64,000 nucleotides of DNA from Oopsacas minuta (lineage: Eukaryota > Animalia > Porifera). Made by a program: the position numbers and the translations under genes. Of this stretch, positions 10,783 through 22,306 are shown one piece after another. Location: contig JAKMXF010000354.1 of the NCBI GenBank assembly GCA_024704765.1, forward strand, positions 109,690-173,689. The letters are read 5' to 3'. Position 1 is the stretch's first letter. The number at the start of each line of letters is the position of its first letter. Below the pieces are notes generated by a model. The model ran no database searches, was not told where the DNA came from, and saw nothing but the letters and a program-made list of their open reading frames with translations.

Positions 10783-13692
10783 CTATTTAGGATAAGGAGG
10801 AGGAGATGAATGTAACTCCTCATTCAAACACAGATACTCAGGTCTGAATGTAACCAGCTGAAATGTTTCCTGAGAATTAAGTTCAATATTGTAGTCAGAT
10901 GGTAAGAGGGAGTTGGAAACTTTGAGCAGAATCTGAATATCATTTTCTTGCTTGTAATATTGCACTGGAAATTCTTCTAAAGAGAATATATGAATGCCCT
11001 CCTGACCCTCCTTCAATCTACCCTTCAGTGAGAACTTTGCCCCGTGAGAGATCAGGGACTTTACAGAAAGTTTGTCCCCACCCACTGAATTAATATAGAC
11101 AGGAGATGGACATTTAATTAGTTCCTCTATGCTGTCTACATGTTGAAGATCATTCTCTGAATCAGAGCTTGTATCTGAATCTGAGAGAAGTAAGAGACGA
11201 TGGTTTTTGTAAAGTTTTTTGAATTTTTCATCATCTCCTTCTTCTTTCGGTAGGAATAGTTGTTCAAATTCTTTATACATCTTTTTCTCCTTTTTTCGTT
11301 TCTTTAAATGGAAGAACAAATGTCTTATACACCAAAAAGCAGGTATAAAACAACAATACATGAAAAAGCAGAAACCTTTCACCAATGAAAAAGCGCTCAT
11401 TCTAGCATTGACCAAGCATGTACAGTTGTATGGATCATCCCACCAGGCTTTGTTTATTCTAAGACCATTCCTCAATCGTATTCTCATTTCCTTTCTATAT
11501 TCATTTCTAGCTTGTTTGGCTCCGTCACATAGACCATTACAGTATGTAGGACGTATAAAAGCAGAGTTTTTGCTAGCTCTAAAAGAACCCATACTCTTCT
11601 CCTCTTTGCTCCGAAACTTGAAACAAAGAATGTGAAAGTTCTGATAAACAAATAAGCAAAGATTCTTAAAGCAATAGCAGAACATTGTCAATTCAGGAAT
11701 ACTGAACTCTCCATTCACAACCATTTTGTATATTCTAATTATGACTAACAGAACAATGCTAATTCCGCAAATACTAACGAGTAAGATCAGTGGTAAGAAG
11801 CGAATTATATTTAAAAGGAAGTTTTGAATTCCTCCGAATATTACATTCTCTATTGCAGCTACAGCATTATCAATAAACTCTCCTATCTCATTCCAACCTA
11901 CATAACCACCGATATCTACCACAACGTCAACCTCACTCACTTCACTTTCTTCTACACAAAAGTTTGACAAATATTTGGCATACGTCATATTATTCATCTC
12001 AGATTCAATATTAGGAGATGTAGAGTTAGACGAGTTGTTTTGTGTTACGTTACCACATGAACAGGGACAATAAGCTGGACAGAAGCATGTAGAATAAGTC
12101 TCAAATGTGAAATTAATCTCATGCATTAGATTCCCTCTTGAATCTCTGAGATAAGCAAAGCATTGGTTCTCACGATGTATTGGATGATGTGAGTAAATTG
12201 TAAAGTTATAAGAGCTAGATGCACCAGGATTTAAAGTGACAATCCTCCCATGAGGTAGTTCTATTCCTGCTGAACACCTGTATATACCTAGATGATATGA
12301 AGCTGTTAGATTTCCTTCATTCAGTACGAGTAGCATTGCATTGCCTTGTTGCGTCAGAGCTTCGAAATCTTCAACATAAGCAGATACAATCTTACCAGCT
12401 GATTTGTGTACTATAAACTTTAGCTCGTCTGCAGTTAGAGTTACCACAACCTCAGATCTTCCTAGATTGTCATTCTCAAACTGAATGCTATAATCCGGAA
12501 TCTTTCTACGAATTCTAGTAGGGCGTAGCTTACCGTAGTAAGAGAGTAATCCTCTGAATGATCGACCTCTCTTCCTTCTTTCGTTGTTGATACGCCAGAT
12601 ATCTTCCGGCTGGTTGAGGAGACAACTTCCATTTCTGAGACTACAGAAATTTTCCTGGTGTCTGAATGCCTGAAACCATACCCCTACCTTGTTACATTGA
12701 GTGCCTGAGAGATCAACTTGATCTTTTTCTAGTACTAACCAGTCAGACTGTCCTCTTTTGAGTATTTTATATGATTTATTTTCTGGTACCAGTAGGAGTT
12801 TGGAATGGAGAGTGAAGAAGTGAGCTTTTGGTGCAAAATCTCCAATCAGTTCTACAAGTACTTGGCCATTCAATAGAGAAACATGCGAGCTACTAGGACT
12901 AACTACCACCCTCCCTATCCTATTCCATCCTTCTACTGTTTTCTCAGTAACTATAACAGTTATTTTGAATATTATTTGTGGAGCAAGGAATTCAAACACA
13001 TCCATGAATACCGGATGTAATCTCATACAGTGACCGGTCTCAGACACACCTATCAAGCCACATTTCAGTTTAGACCTAGTCCACTGATAGTTCTGGCCAA
13101 GTTTATTCCCCAAATCACACTTACAACATCGACCGTGTGAATCAGTGATTGTAATTCCATCCAATTTTACTGTATTGCATACTAGTTTTCCTTTGTAAAT
13201 ATTCTCATTACAACCGTTGAAATAAAGGATCTTTTCTCGTGGCTTATAATTGACACGGCCAATTTTACGGATGCGATATGACACCCGGGATTGTGATTTA
13301 ATTATTGAAATACGGATTGGTTTTTCTAGAAGAGAAGTTCCCTCCATTCCATTTACTTTAGACACAAGTTTAGATTCTAGCTTCTCAGTTCCCCCGCCCC
13401 CCGATGGTATTGAGACTGATATTACTAACTTTCTCGTACAAGGAGACCCATCCATATTGTTAACCTGTGCTTGTCTTCCCTTAATGCAGGTCTCAAGAGA
13501 GCTCGAAGCGAGTAGATCAAAGGACAGAGAAATACGTACGAAGAGAAAGAGAATATAGAGTAATTGTTTCTGTAAAATCATTTTACCACCAAGTATAGAG
13601 TAATGAGATATAGCGTATATATATCCAGGATATATAGAATATACAGATGGAAATAGCAGATTTGGTTGGTTCACTTGTGTAATGAATGACAT
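10783..13692 (-). CDS. HAP2: HAP2/GCS1 class II gamete fusogen
   Basis: HAP2-GCS1 signature DLSGTQCNKVGVWFQAFRHQENFC...GSCLLNQP; fusion-loop region GRCCKC...TRSKLKC...GHCMR; probable signal peptide from Met at 13581 (MILQKQLLYILFLFVRISLS); TM FLPLILLVSICGISIVLLVII; Cys-rich and polybasic (KKRKKEKK) cytoplasmic part. Single exon. Confidence 0.93.
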   Translation of the reverse strand: MSFITQVNQPNLLFPSVYSIYPGYIYAISHYSILGGKMILQKQLLYILFLFVRISLSFDLLASSSLETCIKGRQAQVNNMDGSPCTRKLVISVSIPSGGGGTEKLESKLVSKVNGMEGTSLLEKPIRISIIKSQSRVSYRIRKIGRVNYKPREKILYFNGCNENIYKGKLVCNTVKLDGITITDSHGRCCKCDLGNKLGQNYQWTRSKLKCGLIGVSETGHCMRLHPVFMDVFEFLAPQIIFKITVIVTEKTVEGWNRIGRVVVSPSSSHVSLLNGQVLVELIGDFAPKAHFFTLHSKLLLVPENKSYKILKRGQSDWLVLEKDQVDLSGTQCNKVGVWFQAFRHQENFCSLRNGSCLLNQPEDIWRINNERRKRGRSFRGLLSYYGKLRPTRIRRKIPDYSIQFENDNLGRSEVVVTLTADELKFIVHKSAGKIVSAYVEDFEALTQQGNAMLLVLNEGNLTASYHLGIYRCSAGIELPHGRIVTLNPGASSSYNFTIYSHHPIHRENQCFAYLRDSRGNLMHEINFTFETYSTCFCPAYCPCSCGNVTQNNSSNSTSPNIESEMNNMTYAKYLSNFCVEESEVSEVDVVVDIGGYVGWNEIGEFIDNAVAAIENVIFGGIQNFLLNIIRFLPLILLVSICGISIVLLVIIRIYKMVVNGEFSIPELTMFCYCFKNLCLFVYQNFHILCFKFRSKEEKSMGSFRASKNSAFIRPTYCNGLCDGAKQARNEYRKEMRIRLRNGLRINKAWWDDPYNCTCLVNARMSAFSLVKGFCFFMYCCFIPAFWCIRHLFFHLKKRKKEKKMYKEFEQLFLPKEEGDDEKFKKLYKNHRLLLLSDSDTSSDSENDLQHVDSIEELIKCPSPVYINSVGGDKLSVKSLISHGAKFSLKGRLKEGQEGIHIFSLEEFPVQYYKQENDIQILLKVSNSLLPSDYNIELNSQETFQLVTFRPEYLCLNEELHSSPPPYPK

Positions 13693-13849
13693 TTTAAGAA
13701 TAAGTTTCTTGGAATGTGAATTTTGTTAGAGAGATTTGGCCCAGTATTCAATTTACTAATCAAAATACTTGTAAGATTGCATTAATTATTTATAAATATT
13801 TTTACCTCTTTTTTATTGAACCTACGCATGATACATATATACAGTTGAA

Positions 13850-13947
13850 TTGGCAGTTATGAAATTCCCATTAATTGGGGATAACATAAATATATATATA
13901 TTATCCCCAATTAACCAATTAATGGGAATTTCATGCATAGCTGCCAA
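13850..13947. repeat. Imperfect palindrome (MITE-like) between the divergent HAP2 and TMED9 starts
   Basis: ttggcagttatgaaattcccattaattgg ... ccaattaatgggaatttcatgcatagctgccaa, with an inner ggataa/ttatcc stem. Confidence 0.55.
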
Positions 13948-14065
13948 CACAACGTCTAATCAAGAATTAATATAATTGGTAATTATCTGTCAAAACTTCT
14001 TTCTTCATTCCTTTACAACTGTACAAAATTACAATATTTGTGATTAGTGAATAGTTCAGGTAATA

Positions 14066-15694
14066 ATGGATAAAATATTATCTATCCTATTACTCTTCTC
14101 TCTAATCTCTCCTAATCTCTGTCTCTATTTCCATATTCAAGAGAAAGAGGAGAAGTGTTTCATAGAAGAGATCCCTATAGAGACTCCAGTAATTGGTTCT
14201 TATAAAATAGAAACGTTTAATAACCACATTCAAGCCTGGGAAAAAGCAGAGCATCCTATAGGTATGCATGTAACCATAACTGGGCCTGATAGGAAGGTGA
14301 TACAATCCAGAGATTTCAGTACTGAAGGAAGGTTTAGTTTCACATCTAACTACCCTGGAGAGCATTCCATATGTCTACGGTCTACTACTGATCAGTGGTT
14401 TGCTGGAATTAAGCTTAGAATACACCTGGACTTGCAGGTTGTTTTCTTAATATTTTGTATTCATTCTATCATTAGATTATTGGCTCCGTCTATTTGAATA
14501 CATCGATCTATATCTAAGGCATTTGGCTCAATTATGCGGAATGAAGAAAATCCGAATTATGTTTGCATTACGTCTAAAGGCTGGATATTTATCGTCCCTG
14601 TAAATATATTCTAATTATGCTCAATGATATTCTAAGTAATAAACCGGTAGCACAAATAAACAGAGTTCACTGCACTTTACACTTACATTTATGCATTGTC
14701 GTTGATTGGTTAATCTCAGATAAGAATCCAAGAGTCTGTTACTGTATGTATTGTATTTATAATGACAGTCCTTGCTATTATGACACTCTGGATCCGAACT
14801 ATAGATTGTCTGAACTGTGTGTATTGACTTTCACTACAATGGTTATACTTCATCGCCTTTTCGAAAACGTGTATTATGTTATGAGAGTCTTTGATAAATA
14901 CGTAGGACTAGTTTGTTCATATTGTTTCGTTATGTTTAACAAAACGTATTAGGATAGCTCGATAGATGAGAAAAATTCAAAATATGTGGGACTGCGGGGT
15001 CCAAATGAAACAAAATAACGGAAATATTAGACTTATTTCTTTACGTGTTCCTACCTCGAACCAATCTTTAAAATCATTTCAAAAGATGTTCCGTATCAAT
15101 AACAAACATAACACTTCTAAATTTTCACAATAAGATAATTAAAAATATGGGTCCAAGTGCGTGGTTCGGATAATCAAAGTTGCACTGTATTGTATATTAT
15201 AACTTCTGGAAATTTATAATTCTACTACATAATTCAGTAAAAAATCTTGACTGCCGTCCCAATTTTGTAGAAAAAGTTGTATCAGAAACAAGTAAATATA
15301 TTTTACATGGGGGGGGGGGGCCTAAGATTGAATTAGTTTGTCGAAAGTATATTCATTTTCGAAATTGAGTCTGTAAATTTGATTACTTTTATTTAATTTT
15401 TCGCATCAACTATTTTAGTCAGGAGAGCATGCTGTCAATTACGACGAGGTAGCAACAAAAGAGAAGCTGACTGACATGCAGCTACGTATGCGGAAGCTGT
15501 TGGAACACGTGGAGCAGATAAACAGGGAACAGGATTACCAGCGTTTGAGAGAAGAGAGGTTCAGATACACGTCAGAGTCTACGAATGCCAGGGTTCTATG
15601 GTGGTCATTAGGACAAGTGATAATCGTGTTAGTTATTGGATTTCTGCAAATGAGGCATCTTAAAAGTTTTTTCGAAGCAAAGAAGCTAGTTTAA
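14066..15694 (+). CDS. TMED9: p24 alpha-family cargo receptor (GOLD domain); two exons 14066-14437 and 15419-15694
   Basis: Signal peptide, [30 protein letters not shown]. The phase-0 GT..AG join gives HLDLQ|SGEHAVNY, then [22 protein letters not shown] and the C-terminal FFEAKKLV dilysine motif (TMED4/9 type). Confidence 0.92.
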
Positions 15695-15801
15695 TTGGAA
15701 TCTATGATATGATATATTCTGAAATTATTTCTACATTCTTTCTCATAATGTAACTGAATCCTGTTGCTACACCTGCAATACGAATGGCTAGTAAAGTATT
15801 T

Positions 15802-16376
15802 TCTATATTATTAAATCTCAATTGTTGTCTGTTTGTTTGTCCGTTGTCAAGGAAAGGATTTATGGTATGCATTTTGAAATTGTAGCATAACTATGTATTT
15901 ATCGTGTTTATCAAGTTAGTAATAAGAATCCAACCAAGCTTCACTAAATATACCGAATATGCTGAATTCGATTTTCACACTTTTGGATTAATCATATGTA
16001 AATTTATTGTTGTTTTTATGAATATAAAGTAAACAAACTAGCCAAATCTCAAAATATACGTACAGCCTTTCTCTAACCAGCTACCCAGGGGTAACTAAAT
16101 ACGCTGAATTCGAATTTCCCATTTTCAAGTTTCTCATATGTAAATTTATTTTTTGTGTTTTTTATGAATAAAAAGTAAACAAATTACAAAATTGAAGTAG
16201 AATCATACTTTCAACGACTATACTGGTATACTCGAGTATGCTGAGTCTGAATTTTGTAAACAGCATCGATATTATTAAATCTCAATTGTTTTTTGTCTGT
16301 TTGTTTGTCAGTTGAATACCTTGAGGCGCAATGCGCCGAGTTCATCCACGAACCGACGAGCCAAAGGCTCGTATTA
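15802..16376 (+). mobile_element. Non-autonomous Helitron-like element with about 140-bp internal subrepeats
   Basis: 5' TCTATATTATTAAATCTCAATTG followed by a GTYT-type microsatellite; three GCTGAATTCG/GCTGAGTCTG-headed subrepeats; 3' hairpins GGCGCA-A-TGCGCC and ACGAGCC-AAA-GGCTCGT. Related copies at 21.4-22.3, 24.7-25.0, 28.9-30.0 and 37.1 kb. Confidence 0.6.
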
Positions 16377-16899
16377 ATTATAAATTTGATTTGAATATTG
16401 TTCCTTTCGGTTAATATTATTTAGAGGGTTTAGATACAGTTAACTGAGGGATCTTAAACAAATTTCACTCATAGACTTTTACAAATGTTGATAAACATGA
16501 GCTGAAATAAGTTTCCAAGTACCAGTGCCAGAATTCTCTTAAATATATTGTTAACTGATGAAGTATAAAGCTGACAATTTGACATTAGATTGTAATACGT
16601 ATTACCATATTACATAATTTGAGAAATTTTATATTTATCAACTTCACAGAATTATTTGTATGGGATATTATAACCGACATCCCTTCTTATGAAGGAGTAT
16701 CGGCCGATAAGACAAAACGCCCTGGGGAGAACACTGCCTTACATCATAACTCATGATTAGTAATCATACATTGATTTGATGTAAATCAAAACCATTGTGA
16801 TTAGTACTTAATATTTATGAACTCGAACACCCCTGATACCACAATGATTCATTATTAAACTCAAATTTAACTGAGTATTGTTAGTACAATAACTTAACA

Positions 16900-17742
16900 A
16901 TGGAGACACCAACTTCATTCTGGCAATCAAGTGGGAACTTCTGGACTGAACTGTGGCGTTATGTACACGGGTTCTTCCAAGACGATTTCAATTTGATAAT
17001 GTTTGGTTCTTTTGGTGTGACTCTTACATTTTTCGTTGTACTCGGATTTTTCTTCACTTTGGTGGATATTTGGGGCCCGAGCATACTTACTAAGTATAAA
17101 GTGCAGGAAGGTAAGAATGTCCCTATCTCTTCTGCTGATTTAATAAAGCTGATTAAGTTAGCCTTTCTTAACCTTGTCGTCATAAGTTCCTGTTTCTCAT
17201 ACTTTGGATCGTATCTTATGGTTTGGCGCGGCATGGCAGTACTACCTGAAGAGTTGCCTACCTTTCAACGCTTTATCATTAACATGATACTTCTCCTTGT
17301 CATGCAGGACTTCTTATTCTATTATATGCATAGATTGTTTCATTACCCGCCTCTCTATCGTGCCTGGCACAAGAAGCATCACGAGTTCACTGCACCTGTA
17401 GCTATAGCTTCTGTCTATGCACACCCCGTAGAGCATGTGTTTGTTAACCTCCTGACTGTATGGCTGCCTACACTCATTTTGTGTGTTCACTGCGCTGAGT
17501 ACTGGGCATGGTTTGGTATTGTTATCACCGGTACGTTTGTTAACCACTCAGGTTACCATTTACCCTTCGTTCCCATTTCTCCAGAACATCATGATTTCCA
17601 TCATCTCGTGTTCACAGAGAACTTTGGAAGTTTCCGGTACCTGGACTGGCTGAATGGTACTGACAAACAGTGGCAGGCCTCCCAACAGAAGAAGAGAGAT
17701 CATCCTCTCACTTCACTCACTCCTATCAAGTATAAGTGCTGA
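16900..17742 (+). CDS. FAXDC2: Fatty acid hydroxylase / sterol desaturase family protein (FAXDC2-like)
   Basis: Histidine boxes HRLFH, HKKHHEF, YAHPVEH, HSGYH, HHDFHH; membrane segments. Confidence 0.8.
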   Translation: METPTSFWQSSGNFWTELWRYVHGFFQDDFNLIMFGSFGVTLTFFVVLGFFFTLVDIWGPSILTKYKVQEGKNVPISSADLIKLIKLAFLNLVVISSCFSYFGSYLMVWRGMAVLPEELPTFQRFIINMILLLVMQDFLFYYMHRLFHYPPLYRAWHKKHHEFTAPVAIASVYAHPVEHVFVNLLTVWLPTLILCVHCAEYWAWFGIVITGTFVNHSGYHLPFVPISPEHHDFHHLVFTENFGSFRYLDWLNGTDKQWQASQQKKRDHPLTSLTPIKYKC

Positions 17743-18105
17743 TCCTATTCATACAGCAACAGCTGTGGAGTTGTGTTTTCCTGAATTTTATTTTCACTCT
17801 TACTTTCGTACATTTAATATTATTTATTGTCGATTGTTATGTCGAAGTTTAATATTTATCTATGTTTACTGGACCTGAATTACATGATTGTATTTTCAGA
17901 TTATGCATTGTATATGACACCAACGAAATCGATATTGTAAAGGTGAGGCATTAGCCAAATGATAATATCCTTCGTCCTACTAACCTTCATTCGCGATTTT
18001 TCCATCAAGTTACCTTCATTTTTAGGGGGGGGGCTAGATGAAATTGTATAACCATGAACAAATAAGATTCAGCTACTCGGTAATAGCCAGTAGAAGCTAT
18101 TACCG

Positions 18106-18377
18106 CCTTCCTCTCCTATTATAACACTCTCTAAGCCTAATGATAACTGTACTAACATTGTAATCAGCTGGACTACTCCTGATAGTGATAGATATATTAT
18201 ATTATACTCTGTGTATCGTAGTAATACATTATTAACTACTACAACAGATAATCATTACATCAGATACTAATCAGCTGACTATCAATACATAGTCAGCTGA
18301 TTAGTATCTGGTATACTGTTACAGCTATTAGCTGTGCTGGTACCTCTACTCCTGGCGTAAAGACACTCAGATTGCAA
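18106..18377 (+). pseudogene. Isolated FN3 pseudo-exon, paralogous to exons c/d of the receptor at 24-29 kb
   Basis: Translates PSSPIITLSKPNDNCTNIVISWTTPDSDRYIILYSVYRSNTLLTTTTDNHY, then a frameshift, then YTVTAISCAGTSTPGVKTLRLQ. No splice acceptor; contains a fold-back insertion. Confidence 0.8.
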
Positions 18378-18871
18378 GTGAGTCAGTCACAATTTGTTCG
18401 CTTTATCCGGAGGAAAACCAATTGATTTCTTTACATAATATATATCTAGGTTGCTAATTAGCTGCTAATCCAGACCTTTATATCAGTAATACCAATACAA
18501 GCAATGATGTATATCTTGATTGAGTAGGTTAATATTCTTTTTTTGTTTATTTTATGGTATATTTCCACCAGGGATACTCAAACTGTCATGAGGCAGAGCT
18601 ATGGCCACACTTGTCCACTTTTCCTATATAGCCAACAGAAGTATATGTTATTCCCTATATTATATGCGCAGATCATCTCCCCTTATTAGAATACAAAGTG
18701 GACAAACACAAACAATTTATAATGTAACAAACATTAATAATATTCTATAAGTAGAATGTATACAAGCTATAGGATAGGAAAGATGAACTTAGTTCTAATC
18801 TCTCAAATAAAAAATATACAAACAGGCATAATAAGAACTACGTGATGTATCGCACCTTTTGAGTTAGTTAG

Positions 18872-21332
18872 TTAAAGCGCATATACGCAACAGATAGTGA
18901 CGCAAAAACTGCAACAGATACCGCAACAGGTAATAGTGCAAATTGGAAGCCATACTAGAAGGTTTAATAGAAGAAGTAATCCTGTAACACCAATTATAAA
19001 TAGATCTAGAATATAATATAATAATAATAAATACAAACACACTTATTAACATTACAAATACACAAATACTAACATCCCAAATCAGTTCTATGAAGAAATA
19101 ATTATATAATAAATAGTATATCTTCATAATCATTTTATACAAATAAGAATAGTCTGTAATATTAATACCTGAATTTGATATTTCTGATAATTTAGGTCCA
19201 CAGTGTTCGGGACGTCCTATATAGAATTCACTGTTAAGGGGTATGTGATAATTATGATTTTGTAATTTTAAACGTTATAGAAAGGTGTAGTAATATTTGA
19301 ATTTCATGGCCGTTATATAGAGGAGGTGGCAATTAAGACAGGTGACTGATATATAAGGTAATATAGTTGAAGTAGTTAATGGTGGCAAACCAAGGGGCTT
19401 CAAATGTGGACTTGATGGGGAGGTGACAACTATATAAATTGGCCGGTATATGCAGGTTTAGTGCCAGTAAGGGACCAATAATGGTGGCCGCTATGTACAG
19501 GTGACCGTTATACAGAGGTGGCCGTTAAGTTTGACTGTATTTGACAGTATATCCATGCGAAAATGGGGGTAAAATGACCATATCACCAGGAAACTTAGAG
19601 CTAAAGCAGGCTGAAGCTCCCTACAGACATGAAATTTGAACAATTTTAGCAAACTAGATGATATTCTGCTGTTCGGATAATCGAGGATCTACTGTACTAT
19701 CCTATATAGTCATGAAATCCTTACCATTAAAACGAAAAGTTTAACTCCAGGTACAGAGCTACCTACACAACTAATAGCAGTAACAGAGTATGTGTACAGA
19801 GTATTGGCAGCTAGAGATGAGGTATCCTCTACATATACTGTACGTGTGCTTTTTGCAAGGAATATGTCATTACGATACACAGAGTATGTGCGTATAGGAC
19901 TGTCAGTAGAAGGAGTATCCCAGCTGACATCAAAGCCACAGGTATATGAAAAAACACGAAGAACTGGAGAGGATGGAACTACACAGGTACCAGAACATAG
20001 GATAGTATCCACAATGTAGTGCTGTTATATGACCATGTACTTACCGTGACGGTACACTTACCTCTCTATTATTCTATACATTATTGCTACCTATTACACC
20101 GTCATGGTAAGTAAATAGTCATAATACAGTACAAATTAGTCATCAAATATATAACAAGGCCAGTGGCAGATCCAGGGGGAGGTGATAGGAGGATATATCC
20201 CACCACAAGGATGAATTTATATAATATGGAATCGTAGTCACTTGTGATATCTATTGAAATTCCTACCAATACACTGAAATATTGGCTCAAATTGCAAAAT
20301 TCGGTTGAAACCTTGGAACTAAAGTTGTATCAAATAGGTCTTGTCGTCCAGGGGCTTAGGTACAGTTAGGGTTGCAAGATTATCAAAAGTCCAAACCCAG
20401 ACAAAATTTCGCTCCAACAATTGCGGTATGTTTTGGCATTGAACGAGGGAATAGTAGTAGGCGGATACCTACCTCTTTTCTAGGGAATATTTCACCAATT
20501 AATGTCAAGGAAAGTTATAACTTTAGCGCGCACTCATTCTAGTCAAGCATCCTTATTTAAAGCTACCCACGGCTGGATAATTACCCCTCCTCACTACCAA
20601 TTCCTGGATCCGGCGATAACTTCTGGAAGACAACAAACCTCCTATAGATATAGTATTAAAACTTGAGTTACCAGCACAGTTCATAGCTATAACAGAATAT
20701 TCATATTCTGTATCTATTTCTAGAGTAGTGTAATAGGAATATGACGAGTTAGGAGTACTATGGAAATAATCTCCATTAATAAACAATTGATACATCTGTA
20801 TAGAACTGTCAGTAGCTCCAGGTATCCATGATAGCTCTACGTTACCAGAACAAGTTGTAGAGTCAAGATTAGCTGTTAGAGAGACAGGAGGGGAAGGAGG
20901 GGCTAGAAGGAAATATAGTGTTAAATGAATAAATAAGGTTTCATAATATTTTCAACTAACCAGCTTGTTGAATATTAATAGTTTCTGTTAAAGTAATTCT
21001 GTCAGTAGAATCTCCATTAACTATATAATCGTTACTACAACCAAGTCTTAGACCATTATCAGCAAGAGTATAGGATAAAAGAGTTATTGTTCCTAACACA
21101 TTCGCCGTCTTACTAATTGGTGAATCAGCTGTTAACTTGGACAGATCAACACCTCCTTGAGAATCGACACCATTGACAATAATATCAGAAAGGGGAACAG
21201 AATTCCCAACAATAAAATTGGTAACAAGGGAGAGAAAGCTATCACCAGGATTAGGAACACTCAGGTCACAGCTGACTGTTATACTCTCTCCTGGACAAGC
21301 TAGTGCAGGATTTGAAGTTACTATACCCATAC
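18872..21332 (-). pseudogene. Ig-FN3 membrane receptor, copy 1 (damaged): Ig exon 21332-20961, FN3a 20902-20639, FN3b 19978-19725, remnant about 19205-19169, TM exon 19005-18872
   Basis: All listed full exons have AG/GT boundaries. FN3b is 254 nt (1-nt deletion near the donor relative to 258 nt in copy 2, breaking phase). Exons c, d and most of e are absent. The last exon encodes LFIIGVTGLLLLLNLLVWLPICTITCCGICCSFCVTICCVYAL*. Confidence 0.7.
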
Positions 21333-22274
21333 CTAAATAGAAATAATAAAGATTCTAATCACCGTCTGTGTAGACTAATACTATAAATAGTATAATAGTA
21401 CAGTTGTAAAATGGTTGACTTAGTCTCTCTTCTATTCGGCCACCAGTTTCAGCATACTTTGTTACTACTAAATATGTCTTGAGAGAATCTCAACCAATAT
21501 TTAAAAATTTGGATAATTTGTTTACTTTATAATCATAAAAAGAGCATAAATTTACATATGATAAATTCGGATTCAGCGTACTTGATTATCCCTATGTGTC
21601 TGTTGAGAGCAAGTCTCTACGTATATTTTGAAATTTGGATAATTTGTTTACTTTATAATCATAAAAACAACAATAACCTTACATATGATTAATTCAACTG
21701 TTTGAAAATCGGATTCAGCATGTTCGATATATTAAGTGAAGTTTTATTGAATTCTATTTACTTTTTTGATGAACACTCGATACTGCATATTACTAAATCT
21801 CAATTGTTGTTTGTTTGTTGTTTGTCCGTTGATATGTAAATATATTGTTTTATGAATAGGCTTGCTCTAAACGGCTACCTAAGGGTAACTAAGTACGCTG
21901 AATCCGAATTTCGCATTTTAAGTTTCTCATATGTAGATTTATTGTTGTTGTTATGAATATAAAGGAAACAAATTAGCAAAATCTCAAAATTTACTTAGAT
22001 ACTTGCTCTCAACGGCAACAAAGTGGGTTGATCTTACAAAATAATTCAATAATATATATGCTATATACGATATTTGTGAATTACATTGTTGCAAATATAG
22101 CTATATTTTTAATTATTACTAAAAGGGCGCCGTCAATTTGGAGAACAATGGATACCTTGAGGCGCAATGCGCCGAATTCCTCGCGAAGCGACGAGCCAAG
22201 GCTCGTACATAGTTATGGAACAATTTCAAAATTGCATAACGTAAATCCTTTCCTTGTCAACGGAGACACAAACA

Positions 22275-22306
<32 letters not shown>

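Noticed and set aside
11219-11635. Antisense ORFs within long genes (also 2912-3199, 13250-13558, 48537-49121, 53757-54062)
   Set aside because: Shadow frames of well-supported genes on the opposite strand.
15950-16260. Regularly spaced repeats as a CRISPR array
   Set aside because: These are about 140-bp degenerate tandem subrepeats with homologous rather than unique spacers, inside a eukaryotic TE; no cas genes.
19199-19205. CACAGTG (RSS-heptamer-like) at the copy 1 breakpoint, suggesting V(D)J-style recombination
   Set aside because: It overlaps the Cys-Gly codons of the exon remnant on the other strand, there is no nonamer at 12- or 23-bp spacing, and no such signals flank the other exons.
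20961-21332. 6 nonsynonymous versus 1 synonymous differences between the two Ig exons as evidence of positive selection
   Set aside because: Seven changes are too few; the ratio is compatible with the roughly 3:1 neutral expectation, and one copy may be a pseudogene.
21333-21420. Signal-peptide-like exon (CTIILFIVLVYTDG) joined by a 30-nt intron to the Ig exon
   Set aside because: No in-frame ATG in either copy, the intron is implausibly short, and the upstream sequence is Helitron-like repeat; the start exon is left unresolved.
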